Source: Candidatus Levyibacteriota bacterium
GTDB lineage: Bacteria; Patescibacteriota; Microgenomatia; Levybacterales; UBA12049
DNA: 64,000 nt
Assembly: GCA_963716145.1 (NCBI GenBank)
Contig: OY970292.1
Span: 204,104-268,103 of the forward strand
Reading direction: 5' to 3'
The first letter of the stretch is position 1. The number at the start of each line of letters is the position of its first letter. The translations under genes and the position numbers were made by a program. Shown here piece after piece: positions 27,625-37,265 of this stretch. The notes beneath the pieces are model-generated. The model saw only the letters and a program-made list of their open reading frames with translations, was not told the DNA's origin and searched no databases.

Positions 27625-28761
27625 ATGAATACCTTTATATGTCCCCATTGCAAGAAACAGGTTGAACTTTCAGAAGCCATAATCCACGAGTTTCAGGATA
27701 AAATTCGTGAAGAAGAAAGGAAAAGTCTTAAAACAGCATTTGAAAAAGAGAAGGCTGAAGAAAAAGCGCAATACGAAAAAAGGCTAAGAACTCAGCTTGA
27801 ATCTGAAAACAAACAAAAAGAAAAAGAACAGCAAGTTGAAAACAAAAGGCAATTATTGGAGTTGGAAAAGGCAAAACAAAAGGAGAAAGAGCTCGAAGAA
27901 AAACTTGTGAAGGAAAAAGAAGAAAGGGCCAAAGCAGAGGAAAAAACGCTTGCGGATGCTAGGAAGAAGGCTGAGGAAGAAGTTGAGCTAAAATTAAAAC
28001 AAAAAGATATCCAGCTTGAGCAGGTAATAAAAGCCAATCAGGACCTAAATAGAAAGCTTGAACAGGGCTCCCAGCAACTGCAAGGCGAGGCTTTAGAATT
28101 GAACCTTGAGGAAAAATTAAAAAAGGCCTTTCCAAATGATGATTTTTTCCCGGTTCCAAAAGGAGTGGAGGGTGGAGATATTTGGCAAAAAATTAGATTC
28201 AAAGATAAAATAGTCGGGTCAATTCTCTGGGAAACCAAGAGAACAAAAACGTGGAGTAAGTTTTGGCTTCTCAAGCTTAAAGAAGACAGCGGCAAAATCA
28301 GCTCAACAGAGGCAATACTAGTATCAATTGCGTTGCCTCCTGAGATTTCAAATTTTGACAGAAAAGAAGGTGTTTGGGTAACCACATACGAGCATGCTAT
28401 CAATATCTGCCGCTATGTGCGGTTCTTGATCACAACAGTTGCCTCTGTTAAGTCATCAACTGATCACACAGAAGAGGAATGGGGCTTGATCCGGGACTAC
28501 ATGATGGGGGATTCATTCAAACACAGAATGCAGGCTCATTTCGATGGAGTGAGCTCGCTTAGATCCACCCTGGATGCAGAAAAAAAATCTACTATCATCC
28601 GCTGGAAGAAATTGGAGTCAACGATTGAAAAGTTAAGCAACAATACCATAAATTTCTACGGTGAATTAAAAACAATTGTCACCAACCTGCCTGAAATTGG
28701 AGAAATTGATTCGTCAATGTTATTGGAAGAAAAATCTCAGCAAAATCTTTTAGATGAATGA
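27625..28761 (+). CDS. DUF2130-like protein: N-terminal CxxC zinc ribbon, long Lys/Glu coiled coil, C-terminal globular domain
   Basis: 378 aa starting MNTFICPHCKKQVELSEA; residues ~30-160 are K/E/Q coiled coil. Confidence 0.45.
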   Translation: MNTFICPHCKKQVELSEAIIHEFQDKIREEERKSLKTAFEKEKAEEKAQYEKRLRTQLESENKQKEKEQQVENKRQLLELEKAKQKEKELEEKLVKEKEERAKAEEKTLADARKKAEEEVELKLKQKDIQLEQVIKANQDLNRKLEQGSQQLQGEALELNLEEKLKKAFPNDDFFPVPKGVEGGDIWQKIRFKDKIVGSILWETKRTKTWSKFWLLKLKEDSGKISSTEAILVSIALPPEISNFDRKEGVWVTTYEHAINICRYVRFLITTVASVKSSTDHTEEEWGLIRDYMMGDSFKHRMQAHFDGVSSLRSTLDAEKKSTIIRWKKLESTIEKLSNNTINFYGELKTIVTNLPEIGEIDSSMLLEEKSQQNLLDE

Positions 28762-28793
28762 TCCAGCATTGGGGTTTTGCTTCCGGGCGCCGA

Positions 28794-28991
28794 TTAAAGA
28801 GCTGGAAATACCGGCAAGCTAAAATCAGGAATCGCAAAGCCTTTTGGAATAATACTTGTTTTTTCGTCCTCAACTTTCGTAATTTCTTCATTCATAATAT
28901 AGCCTTTATTTAATTCCTGTTTTTTAACTTCTTTTTCCTTTAGAATCATCAGCCAGTTGTTTGATTGTTTGTACATAAGTGCTTCCTCCAT
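28794..28991 (-). CDS. small hypothetical protein
   Basis: 65-aa ORF in a 346-bp gap; no motif recognised. Confidence 0.15.
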   Translation of the reverse strand: MEEALMYKQSNNWLMILKEKEVKKQELNKGYIMNEEITKVEDEKTSIIPKGFAIPDFSLPVFPAL

Positions 28992-29107
28992 CTGTAAGCA
29001 GTATAGATATCGCTATGAAATTAAGCTTTATGTTTGCCTTACAAAATACCCACAAGAGCTGTGTTTAACATGAATGCAATTGGGCCAAATAATTTAGGTA
29101 TAGCAAC

Positions 29108-30334
29108 TTAAGTAGTTGTCTCTTCGACGGGTGAAATTTTGGAAACTTCAATAAATATTTTAGAACCGTCTTTTTTAAGAGTTCCTTTTACATTTGAAAA
29201 TCCTTCTGTGACCTCAGCTCCGCTATAGTATCCAAGCGTTGGTCCGGAATCATCGGTTAAAGTCAATACAAGTCTGTGATTTTCAGGATCTTCTGCCTGT
29301 TTTTTTACGAAGAAGTCCTTATCTATTGCTTCTTCAGGTGATTCAGTTACAGGGTTTTCAGAAGTAGCGGGAGCAACCTGATCAGCAGCCGGTGGATTAT
29401 CCGTATCCGCAGACTGTATCCGTTTTCTCTTTATCAAAAAGAAAACTACTCCAGCTACTAAGCCAATAGCTAGAAACACAAATAGGATTACGAGAAATAT
29501 ATTTCCTCCGTTTGTGGGTTTTTTCGCAGCAACGTTATTGGTTTGTTTGGTTACAGTCGGTTTTGCTAAGGGTTTGGTAATTGAGGGTTTGGAGATGGTT
29601 TTGGTTGGTCCTGCAAAAATTGAGGGTACGGGTAATCCCATTTCCAGTAGTGTCTTAAAACTGCCATATATAAGATTGTAGTCTGTGCCGTCAATGGTTC
29701 CATTGTCATCCAGATCCGCGGCTTTTTTGTCAGCGCAGCCTGCTGAGTCTGCTTTTGCTCCAAAGCAGCTAACAAGAGCGTTGTAATCGTTTATATCCAT
29801 AGTATTATCCTCTTTTGCAGCAGGGTAAATATCTCCCAAGATAACCGTTTGGCCAGTTATAATTAAAGTCTGACCGTACGATTTATTTATTTCGAAAACT
29901 TTCCCTCCAACAGCGCTCTCCTTAGCTTTTACAAGTTTTGAGAGTGTTTGGCTGGACTTAAAACTGATTTGATATTTTCCATCAGGAACATCAGTCCCCA
30001 GATCTATGTTTTGATTTACAAAAGTTCCAAAAGTAGGGCTGGTTGATTCAGAATCATACACTGCCTGAGTTTTTACTGACGCGAGAGATTTGACAGTTGG
30101 ATCTGAAGAATTAACATCGGGAGCAAAGAAGTAAATAGTTACATCGCGAGTGCTGCGAAGAGGCGTGAGATTTCCGCTTTCACTACCAATTCCGGGAATT
30201 CTGAAGTCAAGCTTAACAACTGCTCCAATCGGAGAAGGAAGAGATTCTACGGGTTTATCAGTTTGAGCAGAAGCAGGTGTAGTTCTTGAGCAAATAAACA
30301 GTAAAAATAAAAATAAGGGCAGAAATTTCTTCAT
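29108..30334 (-). CDS. type I membrane protein: signal peptide, extracellular beta-rich domain with dockerin-like Ca-binding repeats, one TM helix, cytoplasmic tail
   Basis: 408 aa: signal peptide MKKFLPLFLFLLFICS…ASA; dockerin-like DINDYNALVSCFGAKADSAGCADKKAADLDDNGTIDGTDYNLIYGSF; TM NIFLVILFVFLAIGLVAGVVFFLIKRKR; then a ~100-aa C-terminal tail. Confidence 0.5.
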   Translation of the reverse strand: MKKFLPLFLFLLFICSRTTPASAQTDKPVESLPSPIGAVVKLDFRIPGIGSESGNLTPLRSTRDVTIYFFAPDVNSSDPTVKSLASVKTQAVYDSESTSPTFGTFVNQNIDLGTDVPDGKYQISFKSSQTLSKLVKAKESAVGGKVFEINKSYGQTLIITGQTVILGDIYPAAKEDNTMDINDYNALVSCFGAKADSAGCADKKAADLDDNGTIDGTDYNLIYGSFKTLLEMGLPVPSIFAGPTKTISKPSITKPLAKPTVTKQTNNVAAKKPTNGGNIFLVILFVFLAIGLVAGVVFFLIKRKRIQSADTDNPPAADQVAPATSENPVTESPEEAIDKDFFVKKQAEDPENHRLVLTLTDDSGPTLGYYSGAEVTEGFSNVKGTLKKDGSKIFIEVSKISPVEETTT

Positions 30335-30364
30335 AATATTGTTAGCAGTAAATTTTTTGATGTA

Positions 30365-31516
30365 CTAATCCCCTTCATATTGACGAAAAGCGGAAAGAAG
30401 CAAATTGTAATCGATAACATCTGCTTTTCCATCGTCATTGAAATCAATAGTGTCTTTTGTCTGGCAATTTTTATTCTGGAAACAGGGTAATGCCAAGTTG
30501 TAATCATTTATATCTATTACATTATTTGTATTTAAGTCACCCTGAGTTAACTGAGCTACGGGTATGACGTTAACAGTCTCGCTTGTTAAATTTTGGAATT
30601 GCGGAACTACCAACGAAATTAAAGTATAATTTGACGCAACTTTTATCATATATATATCATTTGCCAGCTGTCCCAGATGGATTACTCCTCTGAATAAATC
30701 TCTCCCGTCATATTTCAAGAAACCGTTTCCGACTAGAACTTGCTTGTTATTTTGGTCATATATCCCTATTGCAACCAATCTTGTCAGATGCTTGGGCGAT
30801 TTGTTTCCTATTGCGCCAACCCCGTTAACTCGGATGCTTACATCAACTTTTGTGTCAGTCGGGTTAGTGATGATACCGGGTGTGGGTGTAGCTGTGGGCG
30901 TCACTGTGGTAGTAACGGTTGGAGTAATTGAAGGAGTAGTAGTTGGTTGAGTAACTGATGGTGTGACGGATGGGGTGATTGTAGGATTTGTGGTTACTAC
31001 CGGAGTAGTAGGCGCCACTGCATTAGATGCGCCAAGATCAAGTGTCCAGTAAGAATTTACAGAAGCTATTCCTGCTTCCCTTACGGTTGATCTAAGCATA
31101 TTTGTATTGTGAGTAGAAGAGTTTTTCCATGCATTAAAAACTACCTGCGGGTCACTACTTCCCATATAAATATTTTCCGCATAACTAGTCCAGGTATATC
31201 CGCATTGTGTTATGCGAACGTCGGAACTGCGTCCCAAAGAGTCTGTATGGCTAAAAGTACTGTGAGATGACATGTCATCCGAAAGCCATGCAGCTGGCTT
31301 TTTGAGACCTGCAGACCACGTAAGAGCGGGAAGGTTATTTTGTTGGCGGTAGGTATTTATCAGGCCCAAGAGAGTTTGCTCACTGCTTGTTTGGGCGAGA
31401 AGGGATGAGGAGACGGTGCAATTAGTCTGCGCGCTAATTTTGGTTATGTGATTAAGCTGAAGAGCAGATAGTAGTAACACAATTACCAAAAATAGAAAAA
31501 ACGCTTTTTTACGCAT
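30365..31516 (-). CDS. secreted CAP/SCP/PR1-domain protein with Thr/Pro-rich linker and C-terminal dockerin-like domain
   Basis: 383 aa: signal peptide; CAP domain (LGLINTYRQQNNLPAL…HTDSLGRS…YAENIYMG…NAWKNSSTHNTNML); a TPTxTP linker; a C-terminal dockerin-like segment DLNTNNVIDINDYNLALPCF…DFNDDGKADVIDYNLLLSAF. Confidence 0.6.
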   Translation of the reverse strand: MRKKAFFLFLVIVLLLSALQLNHITKISAQTNCTVSSSLLAQTSSEQTLLGLINTYRQQNNLPALTWSAGLKKPAAWLSDDMSSHSTFSHTDSLGRSSDVRITQCGYTWTSYAENIYMGSSDPQVVFNAWKNSSTHNTNMLRSTVREAGIASVNSYWTLDLGASNAVAPTTPVVTTNPTITPSVTPSVTQPTTTPSITPTVTTTVTPTATPTPGIITNPTDTKVDVSIRVNGVGAIGNKSPKHLTRLVAIGIYDQNNKQVLVGNGFLKYDGRDLFRGVIHLGQLANDIYMIKVASNYTLISLVVPQFQNLTSETVNVIPVAQLTQGDLNTNNVIDINDYNLALPCFQNKNCQTKDTIDFNDDGKADVIDYNLLLSAFRQYEGD

Positions 31517-31570
31517 ATATAGAAATAGTATATGTTTTGTATAGGAGAATCAAGAGAAGGACAAATTTAG

Positions 31571-31642
31571 TGAGCCGCCCGAGACTCGAACTCGGAACCA
31601 ATACCTTAAGAGGGTACTGCTCTACCATTGAGCTAGCGGCCC
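31571..31642 (-). tRNA. tRNA-Lys (anticodon CUU)
   Basis: Manual fold: acceptor GGGCCGC/GCGGCUC, D-arm GCUC-AAUGGUA-GAGC, anticodon loop CUCUUAA, T-arm CCGAG-UUCGAGU-CUCGG. Confidence 0.75.
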
Positions 31643-31668
31643 GTTGAATATTTTATTATATCAGCTTG

Positions 31669-31740
31669 TGCCCTTAGAGGGAATCGAACCCCCATCACTG
31701 GTTCCGAAGACCGGTGCTCTATCCGTTGAGCTATAAGGGC
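31669..31740 (-). tRNA. tRNA-Arg (anticodon UCG; one C-A mismatch in anticodon stem)
   Basis: Manual fold: acceptor GCCCUUA/UAAGGGC, D-arm GCUC-AACGGAUA-GAGC, anticodon loop CUUCGGA. Isotype assignment is less certain. Confidence 0.6.
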
Positions 31741-31836
31741 AAATTACGCTAATGCAATTCTAACAAACCTTGTAGATCAACACAAACCAGCTCGTTTATT
31801 ATTTTAGCTCCTAAAGTTGTATACTGTAACAAGTAG

Positions 31837-32883
31837 ATGAGATTCATAAAAAAGTTTATAGATTATATTAAGCATCACAAAAAAAGAATAATTGCAGTAG
31901 TTGTTGTCTTAGCTGTAATCGCGTTTATATTTAGGCCCAAACCTTCGGCTCCTATTCCTACCCAAACTATTAACAAAGGTGATATTTCCCAGACTGTTTC
32001 GGCAACAGGGACTGTTGTTGCCACAAAATCCGTCAACTTAATTTTTCAAGTTCCCGGACTTGTAAGCTACGTTGGGGTAAAAAAAGGCGACTTCGTGAAT
32101 GCGTATCAGACTATTGCCACAATTGATCAACGTGAGGCGCTTAAGAATTTACAAAACAATCTGCTCTCTTACAGCAAGCAGCGTAATGACTTTGAACAAG
32201 GAAAATCAGATAACGGAGTAAGCGGTCCGGACCAAGCGCTTAATGACACGATGAAGAGGATTTTGCAAAATAATCAATTTGATTTGGATAAAGCAGTATT
32301 GTCTGTAGAGCTTCAGGATTTGGCTAGGCAAAAGTCCATCCTCACCACGCCGATTGCGGGAATTGTGTCACGGGCGGATATTGAAACTCCCGGAATAGTT
32401 GCAGCGCCCACAGCAACATATACAGTGGTTGATCCGGACAGTGTTGTTTTTAATATGGATGTGGATGAAGCGGATGTTGCCAAAATTATGGCTTCACAAA
32501 ATGTAACAGTAACGCTTGATGCGTATCCGGATGAGGAACTGGACCTTACAGTTTCAAATATAGATTTTGTCTCACACAATACCTCTACGGGCGGTACTGC
32601 TTATACGGTTGAGGCAGAGCTTGGGGGAAATAATGATTACCGTTATAGAGTCGGAATGAGCGGGAATGGGGAGATACTAATTAGGCAAAAAAGAGATGTT
32701 GTGATTGCTTCATTAATCAGTTTATTTAATGATAACCATGTTTATGTAAAAACAAAAAAGGGCTTTGAAGACAGAAAAGTGGTTTTGGGTTTGCAGAATG
32801 ATACAGACGCAGAGGTTTTGAAGGGTTTAGAAGTAGGTGATATCGTTGCGCTGCAACCAAACCTAGTTCCTAAAAAGAAATAA
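31837..32883 (+). CDS. efflux transporter periplasmic adaptor subunit (HlyD/MacA-like)
   Basis: 348 aa: N-terminal TM, then biotinyl-lipoyl/beta-barrel pattern (VSATGTVVATKSVNLIFQVPGLVSYV…). Confidence 0.7.
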   Translation: MRFIKKFIDYIKHHKKRIIAVVVVLAVIAFIFRPKPSAPIPTQTINKGDISQTVSATGTVVATKSVNLIFQVPGLVSYVGVKKGDFVNAYQTIATIDQREALKNLQNNLLSYSKQRNDFEQGKSDNGVSGPDQALNDTMKRILQNNQFDLDKAVLSVELQDLARQKSILTTPIAGIVSRADIETPGIVAAPTATYTVVDPDSVVFNMDVDEADVAKIMASQNVTVTLDAYPDEELDLTVSNIDFVSHNTSTGGTAYTVEAELGGNNDYRYRVGMSGNGEILIRQKRDVVIASLISLFNDNHVYVKTKKGFEDRKVVLGLQNDTDAEVLKGLEVGDIVALQPNLVPKKK

Positions 32884-32926
32884 TCTTCTGATTAATTTTC
32901 AATTTGAAATTTAAAATTATCCAACC

Positions 32927-33608
32927 ATGAAATCAAAAAAGGAAATTATAAAGCTTAGTGAGATTGTTAAAGAATATATAACAGGAGAAGTTGTGACTCG
33001 GGTGCTAAGCGGTATATCCATTACAATTAATCAGGGAGATTTTGTGGCAATAACAGGCCCTTCAGGATCAGGAAAATCAACCCTCATGAATATAATCGGT
33101 CTTTTGGATACTCCCACAACCGGAAAATATATATTGAATGGTTCAGACGTCACTGGACTTAGCGAGGATGAGCTTTCATTTATGCGAGAACCGCGAAATA
33201 GGCTTTGTTTTTCAATCCTTCAATTTGCTACCCCGTGCATCGGCGCTGGAAAATGTCATTCTCCCGGCAATTTACGCAGGCGTAAATAGTAAAGACAGGA
33301 AACAAAAAGCTATAGAGTTACTGACAAAAGTTGGTTTGGGTGAAAAATTAAATAATCGCCCGAATCAACTTTCAGGAGGACAACAACAAAGAGTCGCGAT
33401 TGCCAGATCCCTGGTTAACAACCCGGAATTGATTCTGGCAGATGAACCGACGGGAAATTTGGATACAAAATCAGGTGAAGATGTCATGAGCATTCTTAAA
33501 GATTTGAATAAAGCTGGAAAAACAATTGTTATGATTACTCATGAAGCAGATATAGCGGCAATAGCCAAAAAGATTATTCTCATCAGGGACGGTAAAGTAG
33601 TTAAATAA
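32927..33608 (+). pseudogene. ABC transporter ATP-binding protein (MacB/LolD-like), split by an apparent +1 frameshift near 33185-33200
   Basis: ORF 32927-33289 has Walker A GPSGSGKST and ends …DELSFMREPRNRLCF. ORF 33138-33608 begins …ENREIGFVFQSFNLLP and has [15 protein letters not shown] and [11 protein letters not shown]. Deleting one nt in GCGAGAACC restores MRNREIGFVFQ. Confidence 0.7.
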
Positions 33609-33612
33609 TTTT

Positions 33613-34803
33613 ATGAACTATCTGGAATTACTTAGGCTTGCATGGACAGCGTTGATCGCAAATAAACTGCGTACTCTTTTGACGGCGCTTGGAATTATAA
33701 TTGGGGTTTTCGCAATTATTTTGCTTGTTTCAATAGGGACAGGTTTGCAAAGCTCCATTACCGGACAAATCTCAGGCCTTGGCTCGAATCTTATATTTGT
33801 TGTGCCCGGAAACATTAATGGACAGCGGGGGCCTGGCGGAGTTTTGCCCAATAAGTTGATCTTGAATGACGCCAAAAATCTTCAAATAAAGCTAAAAGAA
33901 TTTGCGTATACTGCACCTGCTGTACAGCAGACAACAACTGTAAAATATAAAAATAAGTCCAATAAAAATACAACAATCTTGGGAACAAGTTCAAACTATC
34001 CGCAAGTTGTTAAAACAGATCTCGCTGAGGGGACGTTTTTTACGCCTGCTCAGGAACGCTCAGGTTCAAAAGTAGCAATTATTGGATTGACGGTTGTTGA
34101 CAATCTTTTTAATGGACAGAGTCCGATTGGAAAAAATATTTCAATTGGAAGTGCCCGCTATAAAGTGATTGGTGTGGCAGCAAAGAAGGGGTCAGTTTTT
34201 GGTCAGGATAGGGATAATGCGATTGCAATCCCAATTACAGTTGCAATGCGTCAATTTGGGCTAAATAACGTAAGCACTATTTACTTGGAAGCCAAAAGAC
34301 CGGAGCTTGTACCCACTGTTAAGGAACAAGGGAAAAAGGTATTACTGCATAGGCTGACAGAGGATGATTTTACGCTTCAGACGCAAGAGGATACCCTCTC
34401 AACTATCACAACTGTCACCAATACGCTGACAATTGCGCTTGGAGGCATTGCCGCGATTTCTTTATTGGTCGGAGGAATTGGCGTTGCTAATATCATGCTT
34501 GTTTCGGTGACCGAAAGAACAAAAGAGATAGGTCTTAGAAAAGCACTGGGTGCGCAAAGAGCAGATATTCTAAAGCAATTTTTGCTGGAAGCGGTAATTT
34601 TGTCTTTGACAGGCGGAGCAATTGGGATTTTGCTTGGAATCGGAGCTTCCGTAATAGCTTCCAGGTTTCTTGAAACCAGTGTTACTCTTTGGTCTGTTCT
34701 TCTTGCTTTTGGTTTTTCAGTTGCTGTTGGAGTTATCTTTGGGATGGCACCGGCAATCCGTGCGTCCCGCCTTTCCCCAATTGAGGCTTTACGTTACGAA
34801 TAA
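33613..34803 (+). CDS. ABC transporter permease (MacB-like, FtsX domain)
   Basis: 396 aa: N-terminal TM, large periplasmic MacB_PCD-like domain, C-terminal FtsX-like 3 TMs (LGGIAAISLLVGGIGVANIMLVSVTERTKEIGLRKALGA). Confidence 0.8.
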   Translation: MNYLELLRLAWTALIANKLRTLLTALGIIIGVFAIILLVSIGTGLQSSITGQISGLGSNLIFVVPGNINGQRGPGGVLPNKLILNDAKNLQIKLKEFAYTAPAVQQTTTVKYKNKSNKNTTILGTSSNYPQVVKTDLAEGTFFTPAQERSGSKVAIIGLTVVDNLFNGQSPIGKNISIGSARYKVIGVAAKKGSVFGQDRDNAIAIPITVAMRQFGLNNVSTIYLEAKRPELVPTVKEQGKKVLLHRLTEDDFTLQTQEDTLSTITTVTNTLTIALGGIAAISLLVGGIGVANIMLVSVTERTKEIGLRKALGAQRADILKQFLLEAVILSLTGGAIGILLGIGASVIASRFLETSVTLWSVLLAFGFSVAVGVIFGMAPAIRASRLSPIEALRYE

Positions 34804-34894
34804 AGCCGAAATGCTGAGTTTGTCGAAGTATCGAAGCATTAAGATACGAATAAGAAGCATGGTTTTATATACTAAATTTTAGTACAATAGCTGA

Positions 34895-37258
34895 GTGAAT
34901 AATCGCATAATAAGTATTTTCAAATATCTTCTCGGCTGGCCTTTTTCAATTCTCGCGTTATTTTTTATCCTGAAATTAATCATCCCGCAAATCCCTGTAC
35001 TTCTTAATAATATAAAAAGCCTAAATCTTGTTATTTTACTGGGAGGGGTTTTTAGTTTTCTGCTTTTTTATTTCATAAGAAGCTATATTTGGTATAGGCT
35101 TATTAACCATTATAAAAATAGCATCTCATTTAAACAGTCTTCATATTTTTGGGCTTTATCTGAACTTAAAAGATACATACCGGGAAGCATAATTGCTCTT
35201 TTGAGCCGGACAGTTTTGTTTTCAAAACTGGGAATTGCCAAAAAAGAAGTGGGAAAGTTATTGATAGTTGAAGCAGGCATTTTTGTGTTGGGGGCATCTG
35301 TAATTTCATTGTTGGCACTCCCTTTTGTAGCTAATTATTTTTTTTCTTGGCTAAACGTTACTTATCAATTATTCATTTCTTATGCAGTTTTATTACTGGT
35401 ACTGGTATATACTTTCAATCGTAAATTCTCAAAGATTCTACCCGACTTCACTTCATCAGAAAACGTGTTTTTGATCTTTTTAAGTTGTTGTGCTGTGTTA
35501 TTCTTCGGGGTAGGTAATTATTTTGTCATAAACTCATTTATGGCTCTTCCGATAAATCTTTTCTTTCAATTAAGCGGATTTTTTACTTTGTCAATTCTTA
35601 TTGGTTACTTATCTATTCTGACACCGGCCGGGTTTGGAGTACGTGAAGGAATAGTTATCGTGGGTCTTTCAAAAATTCCAGCAGTTACGCTTAGTGCTTT
35701 TGCAGCGCTTTTTTCAAGAATTGTTTTAGTTTTATCAGAGTTAATTTTTGTTGGCTTAGTTTACTTTTGGCACAAAACAAAAAATAAAAAAATCTTGGCC
35801 TGGGAAGACTGGATAGGAAAACATAAGCAGGAGGTTATTCTAACATTCTTATTTGTGGCCTTCGTACTGTATTTTACAGTAACTAGTTTTGCCCGCTATG
35901 ATAATTTTTACGCCGGTAGATTTGATCTTGGCAATATGGCGCAAACAGTTTGGAATACGACAAAAGGCAGAATTTTTGAATTCACCAATCCAAATGGAAC
36001 AAGCATGATATCCCGTCTTGCCTTTCACGCGGATTTTTTACTTATTTTACTTGCGCCTTTTTACGCAATTTTTCCAAACCCCAAAACTCTGCTTTTAATT
36101 CAAGCAGTTGTTGTGGGGGCGGGATGTATTTTTATCTATCTAATTGCCAAGGACAAACTAAGCAATAAAAATTTAGCTCTAGTTTTTAGCTTTGCTTACC
36201 TTATTAATCCCAGTATTCAGAGAGCAACTCTTTACGACTTTCATCCGGTGACCCTGGCCACGACATTTTTGCTGGGTACTTATTACTTTTATTCTAAAAG
36301 AAAATATATTCTGTTTTTTATTTTTGCACTACTTGCGGGAGTTAGCAAAGAGCAGATTTGGCTAATAATCGGGCTTTTCGGTGGTTTAATATTTTTCAAA
36401 CAAAAGAAGAGAGCGCTCGGGGCAGCGATCTTTTTTTCTTGTTTGGGGATATTTTATTATCTTGTTTCTGTAGCCATTCCCAATGCGTACGGCGCATCAC
36501 ACTTTGCATTAGCTTATTATTCTGATTTTGGTGATAGTCCTCTGACAATCATAAAAACCCTAATTTTGTCTCCGCAAAAAGTAATAAGCATTGTGTTTCA
36601 AAAAGAGCAGATTGATTATCTAATTCAATTATTTGCACCTCTTGGTTTTCTTTCTTTTCTTTCACCGTTTTATCTTTTCTTAGCAGGTCCTGATCTTCTT
36701 ATAAACCTTTTAAGCAACAATTCGCAATTTCATCAAATATATTACCAGTACACGGCGGCAATATCACCATTTATTTTTATCTGTGCAATTTTGGGAATAA
36801 AGACTATTAGGCAATTTATAGTAAAAAATAAGAGCATTGATGCGTATTCAAAGTCCAGTATAAATTTAGTTTTTACTATTTACATTGGGGTGGTCTCATT
36901 GTATTCCGCCTACCTTTATGGTCCGTTACCGGGGTCAAAAAGTCCCAATCTTGATATGTTTACCAAGCCTGTTAAGAATAGGGAGTTTATAGATGAGTAT
37001 TTAACTACGATTCCAAAGCGTCTAAGTGTTGCCTCCTCCAACAATATCGGCTCTCATTTTTCCCAGCGCCAGCGGATTTATACTCTGCCTCTGGGAATTG
37101 ACACAGCAGATGTGATAGTGTTCCTTCTAGATGATTCCGAACCTCCTGGTTCTCTAGCGCTTGAAAAGGCACAGCTTGAAAAAATGAGAAAAGATAAAAA
37201 CTATGAAATTACTGTTGAAAAAGATTCATTTGTAGTATTTAGGAAAAAGAAGATATAA
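34895..37258 (+). CDS. large polytopic membrane protein: N-terminal flippase-like (UPF0104/LPG-synthase TM-like) region fused to DUF2079-like domain
   Basis: 787 aa, more than 20 TM helices; the central region FARYDNFYAGRFDLGNMAQTVWNTTKGRIFEF…ISRLAFHADFLLILLAPFYAIF resembles DUF2079. Confidence 0.4.
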   Translation: MNNRIISIFKYLLGWPFSILALFFILKLIIPQIPVLLNNIKSLNLVILLGGVFSFLLFYFIRSYIWYRLINHYKNSISFKQSSYFWALSELKRYIPGSIIALLSRTVLFSKLGIAKKEVGKLLIVEAGIFVLGASVISLLALPFVANYFFSWLNVTYQLFISYAVLLLVLVYTFNRKFSKILPDFTSSENVFLIFLSCCAVLFFGVGNYFVINSFMALPINLFFQLSGFFTLSILIGYLSILTPAGFGVREGIVIVGLSKIPAVTLSAFAALFSRIVLVLSELIFVGLVYFWHKTKNKKILAWEDWIGKHKQEVILTFLFVAFVLYFTVTSFARYDNFYAGRFDLGNMAQTVWNTTKGRIFEFTNPNGTSMISRLAFHADFLLILLAPFYAIFPNPKTLLLIQAVVVGAGCIFIYLIAKDKLSNKNLALVFSFAYLINPSIQRATLYDFHPVTLATTFLLGTYYFYSKRKYILFFIFALLAGVSKEQIWLIIGLFGGLIFFKQKKRALGAAIFFSCLGIFYYLVSVAIPNAYGASHFALAYYSDFGDSPLTIIKTLILSPQKVISIVFQKEQIDYLIQLFAPLGFLSFLSPFYLFLAGPDLLINLLSNNSQFHQIYYQYTAAISPFIFICAILGIKTIRQFIVKNKSIDAYSKSSINLVFTIYIGVVSLYSAYLYGPLPGSKSPNLDMFTKPVKNREFIDEYLTTIPKRLSVASSNNIGSHFSQRQRIYTLPLGIDTADVIVFLLDDSEPPGSLALEKAQLEKMRKDKNYEITVEKDSFVVFRKKKI

Positions 37259-37265
37259 TCAAAAT

